Made by a program: the position numbers and the translations under genes
Part shown: one piece after another, positions 1 through 11,055 of the stretch
Layout of the letters: each line of letters opens with the position of its first letter
Position numbering within the stretch: position 1 is the first letter of the stretch
Notes under the pieces: model-generated
What the model was told of the DNA's origin: nothing
Databases searched by the model: none
What the model saw: the letters and a program-made list of their open reading frames with translations, nothing else
Assembly: GCA_023231475.1 (NCBI GenBank)
Contig: JALJEE010001243.1
Span: 1-47,860 of the forward strand
Reading direction: 5' to 3'
DNA length: 47,860 bases
Origin: Seison nebaliae
Taxonomy: Eukaryota

Positions 1-1015
1 TGTAGTTCCCCCAAAACTAATGCCACCAACGTTACCTCCATTAACCCCACTAGATTTCACTGAATAACTTCCAAGATTAGTTTGAGGAGACATTGAATAT
101 GAGGTACTGCGAACTGTTGACATCGATCCCATACCTCCCCAAACTAATAGAATATCACCATTTATGTCTTTTAATGTGTTTTCGTTTAAAATCATAGGTT
201 TCATTTTACCCCATTTCATTGTATCCAACTGATTTTCATCCAAGGTCCAAGGTCCACCTGATAACTCCCATTTTTCAAAATCTGCGTTATTCTTATATGA
301 TTCGTCGTCTAACACTTTGAAGGACGAAAGTAAACCATCTGAACCCGTAGAACTAAAATGACCCTTTAACATTTTGATCAACTTAGATTGGCCTACTTGA
401 GGGCTCATCATTGCCCCTAATGAACTCCAAATCATTGCAGAAGGTATGGTAATTATTGTTACTGATCCAGTGGGTTTGACCTGACTACTGCCAAATTGAT
501 TTCCATTTAATTGATACATGTCCATACCGTCCCAATTGATTCCACCTTTCAATAATTTGATCAATTCTTGTTTTCCCCAATTTCCCCATTTTCCTGATTT
601 TAACATGACTCCCGAATTTCCATTCAATCCAATTCCATTCTTAGTTTGGAACGTAAAACTGCTTCCTGTTGCGGATCCTTTTCCACTCATACTGCCCATA
701 CTACCACCACTGAGACTATATGCACCAAAACTTCCACCTCCTCCAAAGCCGCCCATGTCCATACTAGAATCTGAATTATCCAAGGTCCAGGAACTGAATC
801 CTTTGGGCCATTCTCCGAACTTTGACTTCATATCATCAACACTACTAAAACCACCTCCTTGAGATGACCAAGACTGTGATTTAGTCATAAAACCTATAAT
901 GAAAATAGAAAATTTTTAATTTTGCAATGCCTATAACGTAATAACCATGGTTTTTCGAAACAAAGGTTGAAGTAAGAGTCCAACATAATAGAAGGAAATA
1001 AACTTTGAAACTCAT
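1..1015 (-). CDS. Secreted Gly/Ser/Trp/Met-rich protein of unknown family (3' end outside window)
   Basis: Exon 1 1015-946 encodes the hydrophobic leader MSFKVYFLLLCWTLTSTFVSKNHG. A 52-nt intron 945-894 (GTTATT...TAG, phase 1) follows. Exon 2 893-1 is open with no stop (FMTKSQSWSSQGGGFSS...GGNVGGISFGGTT). Missed by the ORF track because the stop lies outside the window. Confidence 0.8.
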
Positions 1016-1687
1016 GTTTGCAATAACATTAGCAAAAAATATCTGTATTTAAAGTGATTCACCTATAAACAAATTTAATTTTAATTAGAATATCGAACCG
1101 AGAAACAACAGTATATCTATTTCGTTTACTAATATATTTGTTGTACCAAGTGTATTTGTTAATGGTATTTTAATATAAATTTGTCTCCAACTTAACGTAC
1201 TGATTTTAGAAATGTATTTTCGAAAAATATATTGTTCGCTATTGTTCGCTTTATATGAAATATACACAAGGTCAACCTTTTTGAATTCGTTTCATGCTCA
1301 AAATAACGTTAGGATAGTTTAACAAACACAGATTCATGTGGAAGTATCTTGGTGGTACATATTAGAAAATTTATTAATTTAAGATTTTTCGCAATCACCG
1401 CGAAACAATAAATAAATTAATTAAGCACACCATGGATAAGTAAACGTAAACAATGTAAGTATTACGTAAAGGAATAAATGAGTTTTAGCAAGAGAGTTTT
1501 CAAATTTACTGCTATTCGATATTCAGAGTTCTCAAAGATATCGTTGCAAAATTCGGAGGAAACTATCGTAACTTAATGATTGATATAATACGAAGTTCCT
1601 TTTTTAAAACACCCACAACAATAAAATTGAAACTTCTTTGAATTCATGGAATGAATTCTTCCAACGAATGAATTTATTTTATCGTAA

Positions 1688-1844
1688 CCGGAATGTAGCC
1701 AAATTTTTTTAAAAAAAAACATTTGGAAGGTAGCCAAATCTTTGTTTTTCACTTGAAATGTAGCCAAATTTTTTTTCTTGACTTAGAACGTAGCCAAATC
1801 TCATATCTTCATTAGGAACTTAGCCAAATTTGGCTACATTCCGG
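1688..1844. mobile_element. 157-bp MITE-like element with 19-bp perfect TIRs and internal tandem motif array
   Basis: CCGGAATGTAGCCAAATTT (1688-1706) is the exact reverse complement of 1826-1844. The core TAGCCAAAT recurs at 1696, 1731, 1761, 1791 and 1821. No clear TSD. Confidence 0.7.
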
Positions 1845-1971
1845 GAATCTATTTTATTGGTAATTTTATATTCCAGTCTATATTCTAATCATTGTTGTTT
1901 ATTTTCTGAACCCTTACACGAAGATTTGCGGGTCAAATTTTAAAAAAGTCGATGGGAGTAGTCTGAAGAAA

Positions 1972-2879
1972 CGAGGAGATGTAATTTCTCACGCGTGACA
2001 TTTCTTCCGCGGCCATTTCTCCTGCGCTCATTTTGTCGATCATTTTTTCCAATGGCCATTACTTTCGTGGTCATTATTAAATTTTACGCTGCTATTAGTA
2101 TAATAAGACTTGATTAAGAAGCCTCGTGAGCAATATAAGTATTACAGTATAAATCGAATATTGAAAGTTAACTTTTAATGGAATTTGTAACTACGACGAA
2201 AGAACGGAAAGCGATGATAATGGATGGATATTTATATTATTTTCAAAGGTTGAACAAAGATGAAACGAGAGTCTATCATTGTCAATCAAAGACCATTAAC
2301 ACCATCAAAGATGTTCAACGAAGGTGAAACTAACAAGATAATGTAAGTGGAGTTGGCTGCAAACTAAGGGACGAACCAATAATATTTCGGAGAGTTTAAG
2401 TTCCGCCATTCAGAAGTTCCCACAATATCTCTATTTTCCATAAAGTGTCATTAGGCAACTTCATAAAATTTTCAAATATTAGGACCGAAGAAGATGCACA
2501 TAAAAAGAAAAAAAATGAGGAAGCGAAGAAAAAATAAGAAAAGTCGAAGCGATTAGCTATTTAGATAAAATTGGTACTGTTTTATCATTATATTTTTAAT
2601 GTCTTTCATGAATTATTCTTCTTTGGATTTAAAATAAAATTGTTATCAACTATAAAGATTGTAGGAAGTTATCCCCGATGTTTCTCTTTCCTAAAAAATA
2701 ATGAAAAAAAGGAAGCTATCCCCGATTTTTTTCAATGCCAAATCTAGTAATGAAGAGTGAAAGGTGCTTAGTAAAGAGAAACTTCGGGGATGCCTTCTGT
2801 TTACCATTATAAATTATTATTATTCTTTCAGGGGTGAAATGACTGCAGGGGAAATGTCACCTGTAAGTGACTACCTCCG
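1972..2879 (+). mobile_element. Internally deleted, decayed Mutator-like (FLYWCH-MULE) DNA transposon
   Basis: Degenerate terminal inverted repeats built of GTGACATTTC/CATTTC units (left ~1972-2021; right GAAATGACTGCAGGGGAAATGTCAC ~2836-2879). FLYWCH-like peptide from 2178 (MEFVTTTKERKAMIMDGYLYYFQR...YHC), MULE-like GRTNNISE near 2370 and C-terminal YLDKIG near 2560. Frames are broken. Confidence 0.6.
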
Positions 2880-3467
2880 AAAAAACTGTTTGTAATTTAA
2901 AAAGTTTCTTAAAATGGAAAAAAAATAATGCATAATCTAACAGTAAGTTATATTCAGATATCCTTACATTGTTTTTATAAATAACATTTGAACGCAGGTT
3001 CCCATTTTATTCGTATTTTGTTCTCGAACCCTCTTTCCGAAAGTTTTACAAAACTTCTCAAATGAAAAGAAAAATGAATCAAATAATAATCGAACCTTTA
3101 TGAAACGCACTTTATAAAATGGTAGATAAATCACCAATGACGACAAAGAGTTCTCAAATCACTCTGTACCGGATAGCAGATGGTAAATGGTTCATCGGTA
3201 AATGGTTTCATATTATTTTCTTCTACTCAATATCCAATTGGGATTAAGAGATGGTTTTTGATGCGACTATAAATTATATGAATTTAAAATATTTAAGCTG
3301 AAAAATTAAGTTTCAAATCATAAAACTCCAACAAAACGTTGGCGAGCGATTGAAATTGTAAAACAATACGAAATTTTGATACCGCTTTATAAATGTTGGA
3401 GTCATTTAAAGATATATTTTAATAGTAAAGATTGTTTCGGAAATTTATAACAGTAAGTATAACGGAA

Positions 3468-5074
3468 ATGAAGTATATTCTTGTAACTGGTGGAGTGATT
3501 AGTGGAGTTGGAAAAGGAATAATTGCCAGTTCCATAGGAACATTATTAAAATGTCGAGGATGGAACGTGACAGTGATTAAGATTGATCCTTATATTAATT
3601 TGGATGCGGGAACATTTTCCCCGTTTGAACATGGTTTTGATTCATATCCATTCTTTTCAATTTCTACTTTTATCAAGGTGAGGTGTATGTATTGGATGAT
3701 GGAAGTGAAGTGGATTTGGATTTGGGAAATTATGAAAGATTTCTTGATATCGAATTGAAACGAGATAATAATATTACAACTGGAAAAATTTATCAGAAAG
3801 TAATTGATAAAGAACGAATGGGTGCATATTTGGGGAAAACGGTGCAGGTAATTCCACATATAACTGGTGAAATTCAAGATTGGGTTATTCGTGTGGCACA
3901 CGAATCTGTCGATCATAATAATTCTTCTAATCCAGATATTTGTCTAATTGAAGTTTATTATTTAATTCTCTTCAAATATATTAAATATCTCTTCATCGTT
4001 TCTTATTTTATAGTTAGGTGGAACGGTTGGTGATATCGAGAGTATGCCATTTATTGAAGCATTTCGACAATTTCAATTTCGAGTAAAAAGAGAAAATTTT
4101 TGTGTTGTTCACGTTTCTCTCATACCACAACCGAGCACTACTGGAGAACATAAAACTAAACCGACACAAATGAGTGTTCGCGAGATGAGAGGATTAGGTC
4201 TAACACCAGATATGGTTATTATTCATGAAATAATAAATTTTTCAAATTTTCTTTTAGATTATATGTCGTAGTCATACGATGGCACCGATGTCAACAAAAG
4301 ATAAAATATCTATGTTTTGTCACGTAGATGTAAATAATGTTGCCTTTTTTTTTTAAAATATATCTTTCTAATGAATTATCTTTTCCGTCCTATTAAGATT
4401 TTATCAGTTCCTGATGTTAATTGTGTTTATGAAGTGCCGGTATTGTTAGAATCTCAGAAAGTAGCACAATTTTTTGAAAAACGTCTCTCACTCAATTCGT
4501 CAGCAATGGATAATAGAGATTTGATAGATCAAACAATGACGATGTGGAAAGAATTGTCGAATCGACAACAAACTCTTACGAACATTGTCAATATTGGTCT
4601 AGTGGGAAAATATACCGTTCTAGGTGACTCATATATCAGCGTCATAAAATCACTTCAACTCTCTGCGATTTATTGCAAATATAAATTAAATTTAGAAGTT
4701 TCAAATTAAGTTGTCGAATTATTCATTGAGAATTAATCGATTTTTAGATGATTGAATCGACCGATCTTGAACCGGAAATGTTAACGGAAGATCCTGGAAA
4801 GTATGAGAAGGCTTGGAAACAGATCAAGTCTTGTACAGGAATAATTGTTCCTGGTGGTTTCGGTCAACGAGGTGTTGAAGGAAAAATTGCAGCGATTAAA
4901 TATGCAAGGAATAATGATGTTGCATTTTTAGGTATTTGTTTAGGAATGCAATGTGCTATTATTGAGTTTGGTAGAAATGAATTGAATTTATCTGATGCTA
5001 ATTCAACAGAATTCGATTCTCATACGAGAAATCCATTAGTTATTTTATTTTCTTTAACTACCATAATGATGATG

Positions 5075-5109
<35 letters not shown>

Positions 5110-5646
5110 TATTGTTATAAGATTATTGATATGCCAGAACATACGATTGAGAAGAAAGGTGGAACAATGAGATTGGGTAATCGAACAACAATTCTCAATA
5201 ATAAATCGAAAATTATTCGTTAGGAATTGTTAAGACATATCAAAATATTTTTCTTCTTTTTAGGAAGTTTATATAACAATCAAACGGAAATCCATGAGAG
5301 ACATCGACATCGTTATGAATTCAATCCGATTTATAGGTCAAGTTTTGAGAAGGAAAATTTTTTTTTTGTTGGTGAATCAACTGATGGAAATCGTATGGAG
5401 ATCTTCGAATATGATCGTCCGATAATCAAACATAATTTCTATGTAGGCGTTCAATATCATCCGGAATATTTAACTCGACCCGTCCATCCCTCAATGATTT
5501 ATGTCGGATTCATTTTGGGAGCAACTGGTGAATTAAATAAGTTTTTGATGAAAGATCGAACAATAATGAAACGTTTTGCATCGATTGATAATTGCATATC
5601 CAGATCATCAATAAAGAAAGATGACAAAGTCACGAGTACAGATTAA
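3468..5646 (+). CDS. CTPS: CTP synthase (8 exons, ~597 aa)
   Basis: Motifs [40 protein letters not shown], glutaminase [15 protein letters not shown] and QYHPEY. Introns 3634-3677, 3953-4013, 4215-4257, 4339-4397, 4698-4747, 5039-5121 and 5219-5263 (all GTT...AG) restore one frame. Confidence 0.97.
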
Positions 5647-6072
5647 ATAAATTTCTATTAAAACATTATAAACATTTCTTCAAATGTTTGCCCTTCATTC
5701 ATTTCATTAATTAAAAGATGGACAGAGAATCTGAAATCAATTCAAAAATTTTCCTTTTTTTTCTTAACATTTTAATGTTTTTTTTTTTTTAAATTTCATT
5801 CGTCTAACCAACTAACAAACGAACAATTTTAAGAATGTGAATATACTCTTTTGTTATTTATTGTTTTTGTAAAAAAACATTAAAATTTTATTAATTTCCA
5901 ATAGAATTTTTATGAAGAGGAAAGCCAATAATTTTTAAAATTTTCGATTCAATCATTTCATTTTAATGAGCATATTAACAATCACTCAATTATTTGCTTA
6001 TAATAAAATGGTAGGGAATGTTGAATTTTTCTTAATAATTTAAATGTAAACTCAATGTAGATAATACTATTA

Positions 6073-6156
6073 GTGTGTGCCATAAATGTGTACGTGTTTG
6101 CTTATGTGTTATGTTTGTGCTATTGTGTATCTGTGTGTATGTGTATGTGTATGTGT
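6073..6156. repeat. Degenerate (TG)n/(TGTGTA)n microsatellite upstream of Rab14
   Basis: Visible TGTGTATGTGTATGTGT run. Confidence 0.7.
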
Positions 6157-6432
6157 AATAATTTTTATAATAAAATATTTTCCATTTCCTTCCTATATTT
6201 CAGATACATTCGAGAGAGATATTGATAATATTAGGAAGAATTAGATGAATATCAAATATATTTTTGGATGGAGCACATCGATAATAAATATTATGGGAAT
6301 TAATAATAAATTTTAAATATTTTCAATTGTAATCTGGAGAGAGAGAGAGAAAGATAATTATCTAAATACTTTTGATCTGTTTCTTCTTCTTTTTTTCATC
6401 GACAGATTTGTATTGTTTAATTTCTTGATTGA

Positions 6433-7247
<815 letters not shown>

Positions 7248-8101
7248 TTTTTTCCCGTTTGATGATGACTTGTGAATTGATTAAATTATCATCGATGAAT
7301 CTATTTATTTATTATTCTCTTGTCTCATCCCATATTGATGAGATGACAAATATTCTATTCTTTCTAGTCGATCAGTATTTCATTTATGAGAACTTTATTC
7401 ATTCCCTTTATATTTCGATTAATCAATTTCTTTTCTTCTTTTCTTCCTACTTTTTTACAATCATTATTTCAATCATATTTCATCCAAATATTTCCATTTG
7501 AAAAACGACAAAGAGAAATACACAGAACAACTAAATGTCCAAAAAACTAATGAAGAATAAAGTTTTATTATTTTTCGATCAATTAAAAGTAAACGATCAA
7601 ATTCATTTGAATAGCTTCTTCCTTCAATCGAACTATTTTCCCCTTATATGTTTCTCCAATTATCTTTATTGTATAAAAAGTTAACAAAACTTATTTTTAA
7701 TTTCATACCTTCTTATTCCATTAATTCAAACCATTAAAATTAGTTATTTAATATTATTAATATTTAGAGAGATTAATAATTTATATTATATAATAAATTA
7801 TAAAATTAATGTATAATATTTAGAAAAATAAAATAAAAAATAATTGCTGATTGATTTTATAATAACATGTTTGTAATCTAATAATAATTATTAAACATTC
7901 GATTCATCTACTAATTGTAAGTTGTCATTTTAATAATTATGTTATTAGAAATATACCAGATAAGATAAAATAAATAAGACATGAAATATGTGAAATAGTG
8001 TTTGTTTTGGAAAGAAAAGACAATTATTTATCAGAAAAGAATGAATTGAAGAGAAAAGGTTTATAAATCAATTTCTTATTGTTTGACAGTAATTTCAACA
8101 T

Positions 8102-8491
8102 TTGAATTTGAAGCTTCTCCGAAATTTGATTGTTTTTAAAACGGCTTCCTTTCTTGACAATTTGAAAAAAGGAAAAAGATTTAATTTCCAAACTAATAAA
8201 GAAACAAAGAAATCGAATTCAAAAGAAGAAGGAAGAGAAATCATAAAGAAAGAAAAGGATGATGGACGATGCGTCGAATTAACAAATGAACAGAAAAAAG
8301 CGTTGGATATTTATCTCAAAGAGTATTCATCTTCGTCTTCGTCTTCGAAGAGACAAGAGGAAGGAGAGGATATAAAACCGTTGAAAGTGAATAAACGATT
8401 CGTTAAACGATTATTAGACACAACGGATCGATTGAATTCTACTAAAAGGATTTCTACTTCTCATTCTAATCGATCCAATCGGAAGAAATGA
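8102..8491 (+). other. AUG-less ORF with a short motif recalling the POLR1D isoform-2-type small protein; stop overlaps the TFIIE-alpha start
   Basis: Open frame with KKALDIYLKE...PLKVNKRFVKRLLDTT, which from memory resembles the 'KA..ELLKE...NKRFL' motif. No in-frame ATG (the track start is TTG). TGA 8489-8491 overlaps ATG 8488. Confidence 0.4.
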
Positions 8492-10740
8492 CGACAAATG
8501 GATTTTTAGATGTGTTAGAGTCGATTAATAATGAGGATGAACATTTATTTGTTGATCGTACAGAAGAGGAGGAGAAAAAAGAAGAAATGACATTATTGAA
8601 AAATGGAATTCCCAATGTGTTCGCTAGTCTCATTCGAGATTTGGTTCATTCTTTATTCTCTTGGGATTATGTGATTGTTATAAATTCTCTTATGTTACTC
8701 GTTTGTGCATCATCATCCGCTCTTTGTAATGTCCTCCAATATGAAGATCGTTTTATTCGACAAATCTTAAAAGATTTGATGAAAGAAGGTTTCTTGAAAG
8801 AAATTCCATTCACTTATAAACCTGTACTTCGACCAGGCGAACAACCTCAACGTCCTAAACAAGTTCCTCATTATTATATCGATTATGCATATGTTCTTCG
8901 CGTTATTCGATATAAATTGGAAAAAATAAGAAAAGAATTGGAACATTTGGAATCATCACATGAAATTCGTCGTTCAAATTATCGTTGTAGTAAATGTGGA
9001 AAAGAATATTCGGATATGGATATTCCGACATTACTCTCAGCTGGTACTGACGATGCAACGGAAGATAATTTGTTAAATTGTTTACATTGTAATGGATTGG
9101 TGATTGAAGAGGATAAAGTTGAACAATTCTTAAAAAATCATAAAAACTGTAAACCGATTTACAGTTTCTCTTCTTATGTAGGCGATATTTTCGATGAAGA
9201 TAAAGATAAGGATGATGAGGAAGATAATGATTTAGATGATGATAATGATGAAGATGAAAGTGAGAATAATCAACCAAAAACATTAAATGCGAGAGAGAAA
9301 CTCGAATTGTTTAATTCTCAATTCGATGGAATTTTTGAACGATTGTCAATCATTGAAAATATTCAAATTGCAGATCATCTTCGCGATCCACAACCTGCTC
9401 CATTATTCGGTAATGTCAATCCGATGACTGGTGTCCGTTATGACGATGAGGAGGATGCGGAGAAAAAACATGAACAAACTTTAACGAAATCGAGTGCTCA
9501 TGATAATTATCGTCAATTGCGGAAAGATAACGGTTCGTCATCTCAACATGGTGGTAGTGGTTCAGGAAAAGATGGACAATGGAGTGGAGATGCAACGAAG
9601 AATAAAGGAACTTCATTAGGTGCTCAATGTAATGTGATTGGAACTGATTATCAGAAGATGCAACGACATGCAAATATGTCAGGAATTTCTATCATTTTCC
9701 ATAATGACGATGAAGAAGAATCGAGTCATGATATAAATTTATCATCAAAAAATGTTTCCATCAAATTTCTAGATATGCAACGACATGATCTTTCTTCACC
9801 ATTACCTTCTGGTTCGAATACATCAAATAATTCATCATCAAAAAAACAAAATAATTCGAGTAACAGTGAATTGAAATTACAATTATCAGAATTGAATCAA
9901 AAACAATATAGTGAATTAATGAGAATTCGAAGAAAATTGACATTGAGTCACATCACTGAAACGTTGTTAGTGTCGAATGAGATTGAAAAAGATGGAAGTG
10001 ACATCGAAATGAAAGAGACGAAAGAGAAAGAAGAGAAGAAGGAATATAAGAATAATGGAATTCCTTTAGATTTGGAATTGGCTGTAGCAACGAATGCAAT
10101 TCAAAATGAATTTGGAGGAAATCAAATTGATTCTCAAAAAAATTATTATCAAAATGAAATTATGATGAATGAACGAATTCCATATAATATAAATCAACAA
10201 CACCAACAACAACAACAGTCTCAAGGATATATGATGGATCAATATCAAAATCAAAATAATAATTTTCCTGATCAAAATTATCATCAACAAATGAATTATC
10301 AACAACAACAACAACAATATGAGATGATGAATCAAAGAAATCATTATAATCAGAATCCTCAATCACCATCATTTTATCATCAACAGCAACAACAACAGCA
10401 ACAACAACAACAATATCAACAAAATCTGAATAATGCTCAACTTCGACAAACGAATGTTCCGTTACATCAATCGAGAAGTGAAAGTTCTTTATTGAATAAG
10501 AGTTATATGCAGAACGTTCCAGTACATCAACATTATGATATGAATTATCATCGTAGTCAACAAGAACAAAAACATATGATGAATTCTGTCAATTCAATCG
10601 ATTTCACTTTTCTCAAAAGTACAAAATTGAAGGATGCCATACAAACGTTCAAATTACATGATCTCCTACATTATTTGCGTTTATATCAGTTGAAAGTATC
10701 TGACGGTTTAGAATATTTGGGATCTGTTAGAGAACAATAA
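8488..10740 (+). CDS. GTF2E1: General transcription factor IIE alpha subunit, intronless, 750 aa, with Q/N-rich tail
   Basis: N-terminal winged-helix region (IPNVFASLIRDLV...YYIDY...VIRYKLEKIRKEL), zinc ribbon YRCSKCGKEY...LNCLHCNG, and the following helix AREKLELFNSQFDGIFERL. Confidence 0.85.
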   Translation: MTTNGFLDVLESINNEDEHLFVDRTEEEEKKEEMTLLKNGIPNVFASLIRDLVHSLFSWDYVIVINSLMLLVCASSSALCNVLQYEDRFIRQILKDLMKEGFLKEIPFTYKPVLRPGEQPQRPKQVPHYYIDYAYVLRVIRYKLEKIRKELEHLESSHEIRRSNYRCSKCGKEYSDMDIPTLLSAGTDDATEDNLLNCLHCNGLVIEEDKVEQFLKNHKNCKPIYSFSSYVGDIFDEDKDKDDEEDNDLDDDNDEDESENNQPKTLNAREKLELFNSQFDGIFERLSIIENIQIADHLRDPQPAPLFGNVNPMTGVRYDDEEDAEKKHEQTLTKSSAHDNYRQLRKDNGSSSQHGGSGSGKDGQWSGDATKNKGTSLGAQCNVIGTDYQKMQRHANMSGISIIFHNDDEEESSHDINLSSKNVSIKFLDMQRHDLSSPLPSGSNTSNNSSSKKQNNSSNSELKLQLSELNQKQYSELMRIRRKLTLSHITETLLVSNEIEKDGSDIEMKETKEKEEKKEYKNNGIPLDLELAVATNAIQNEFGGNQIDSQKNYYQNEIMMNERIPYNINQQHQQQQQSQGYMMDQYQNQNNNFPDQNYHQQMNYQQQQQQYEMMNQRNHYNQNPQSPSFYHQQQQQQQQQQQYQQNLNNAQLRQTNVPLHQSRSESSLLNKSYMQNVPVHQHYDMNYHRSQQEQKHMMNSVNSIDFTFLKSTKLKDAIQTFKLHDLLHYLRLYQLKVSDGLEYLGSVREQ

Positions 10741-10974
10741 ACTATCTGATTTATATATATTCTATATTATTCTTAATCGTTTTTTATTCTCATTTCCACC
10801 ATCAATTCTTTTTTTTAATAATTCTAATTATTTCGGCTCATTTAATTCCAGTTTCATTTGCCATGAACATTTATACATAAATAAATTTATCATTTATTTC
10901 TCAGCCTCTCTTTCATCTTTTCAATTTAACAATTTGAAATTTAGAAAATAATTTAAATCTACAATTATTAATTT

Positions 10975-10998
10975 TGTTTACATAATTGACATAGCAAC
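10975..10998 (+). promoter_or_regulatory. Adjacent forkhead (FoxJ1-type) and X-box (RFX-type) motifs in the TTC29 promoter
   Basis: TGTTTACA at 10975-10982. ATTGACATAGCAAC at 10985-10998 matches GTTGCCATAGCAAC at 12/14, with an intact TAGCAAC half-site. It lies 58 nt upstream of the ATG of a motile-cilia gene. Confidence 0.55.
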
Positions 10999-11055
10999 GG
11001 ATGTAATTTTATTTGATAATTCAATTTTCCACCGTTCAAGATCTGTTAAGAAGTC

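Noticed and set aside
518..862. 114-aa Pro-rich plus-strand ORF
   Set aside because: Antisense shadow of the Gly-rich minus-strand gene (GGN codons read as Pro/Ser).
1688..1844. CRISPR-like repeat-spacer array
   Set aside because: Eukaryotic context, no cas genes, repeats too short and enclosed by TIRs; better explained as transposon subterminal motifs.
3432..5646. Fragmented ORFs suggesting frameshifts, pseudogenes or an alternative genetic code
   Set aside because: Every break is resolved by a short GT...AG intron, giving full-length proteins under the standard code.
8059..8113. GTT-initiated intron that might supply an ATG exon to the 8102 ORF
   Set aside because: The acceptors tried (8089, 8113) give stops or no upstream in-frame ATG.
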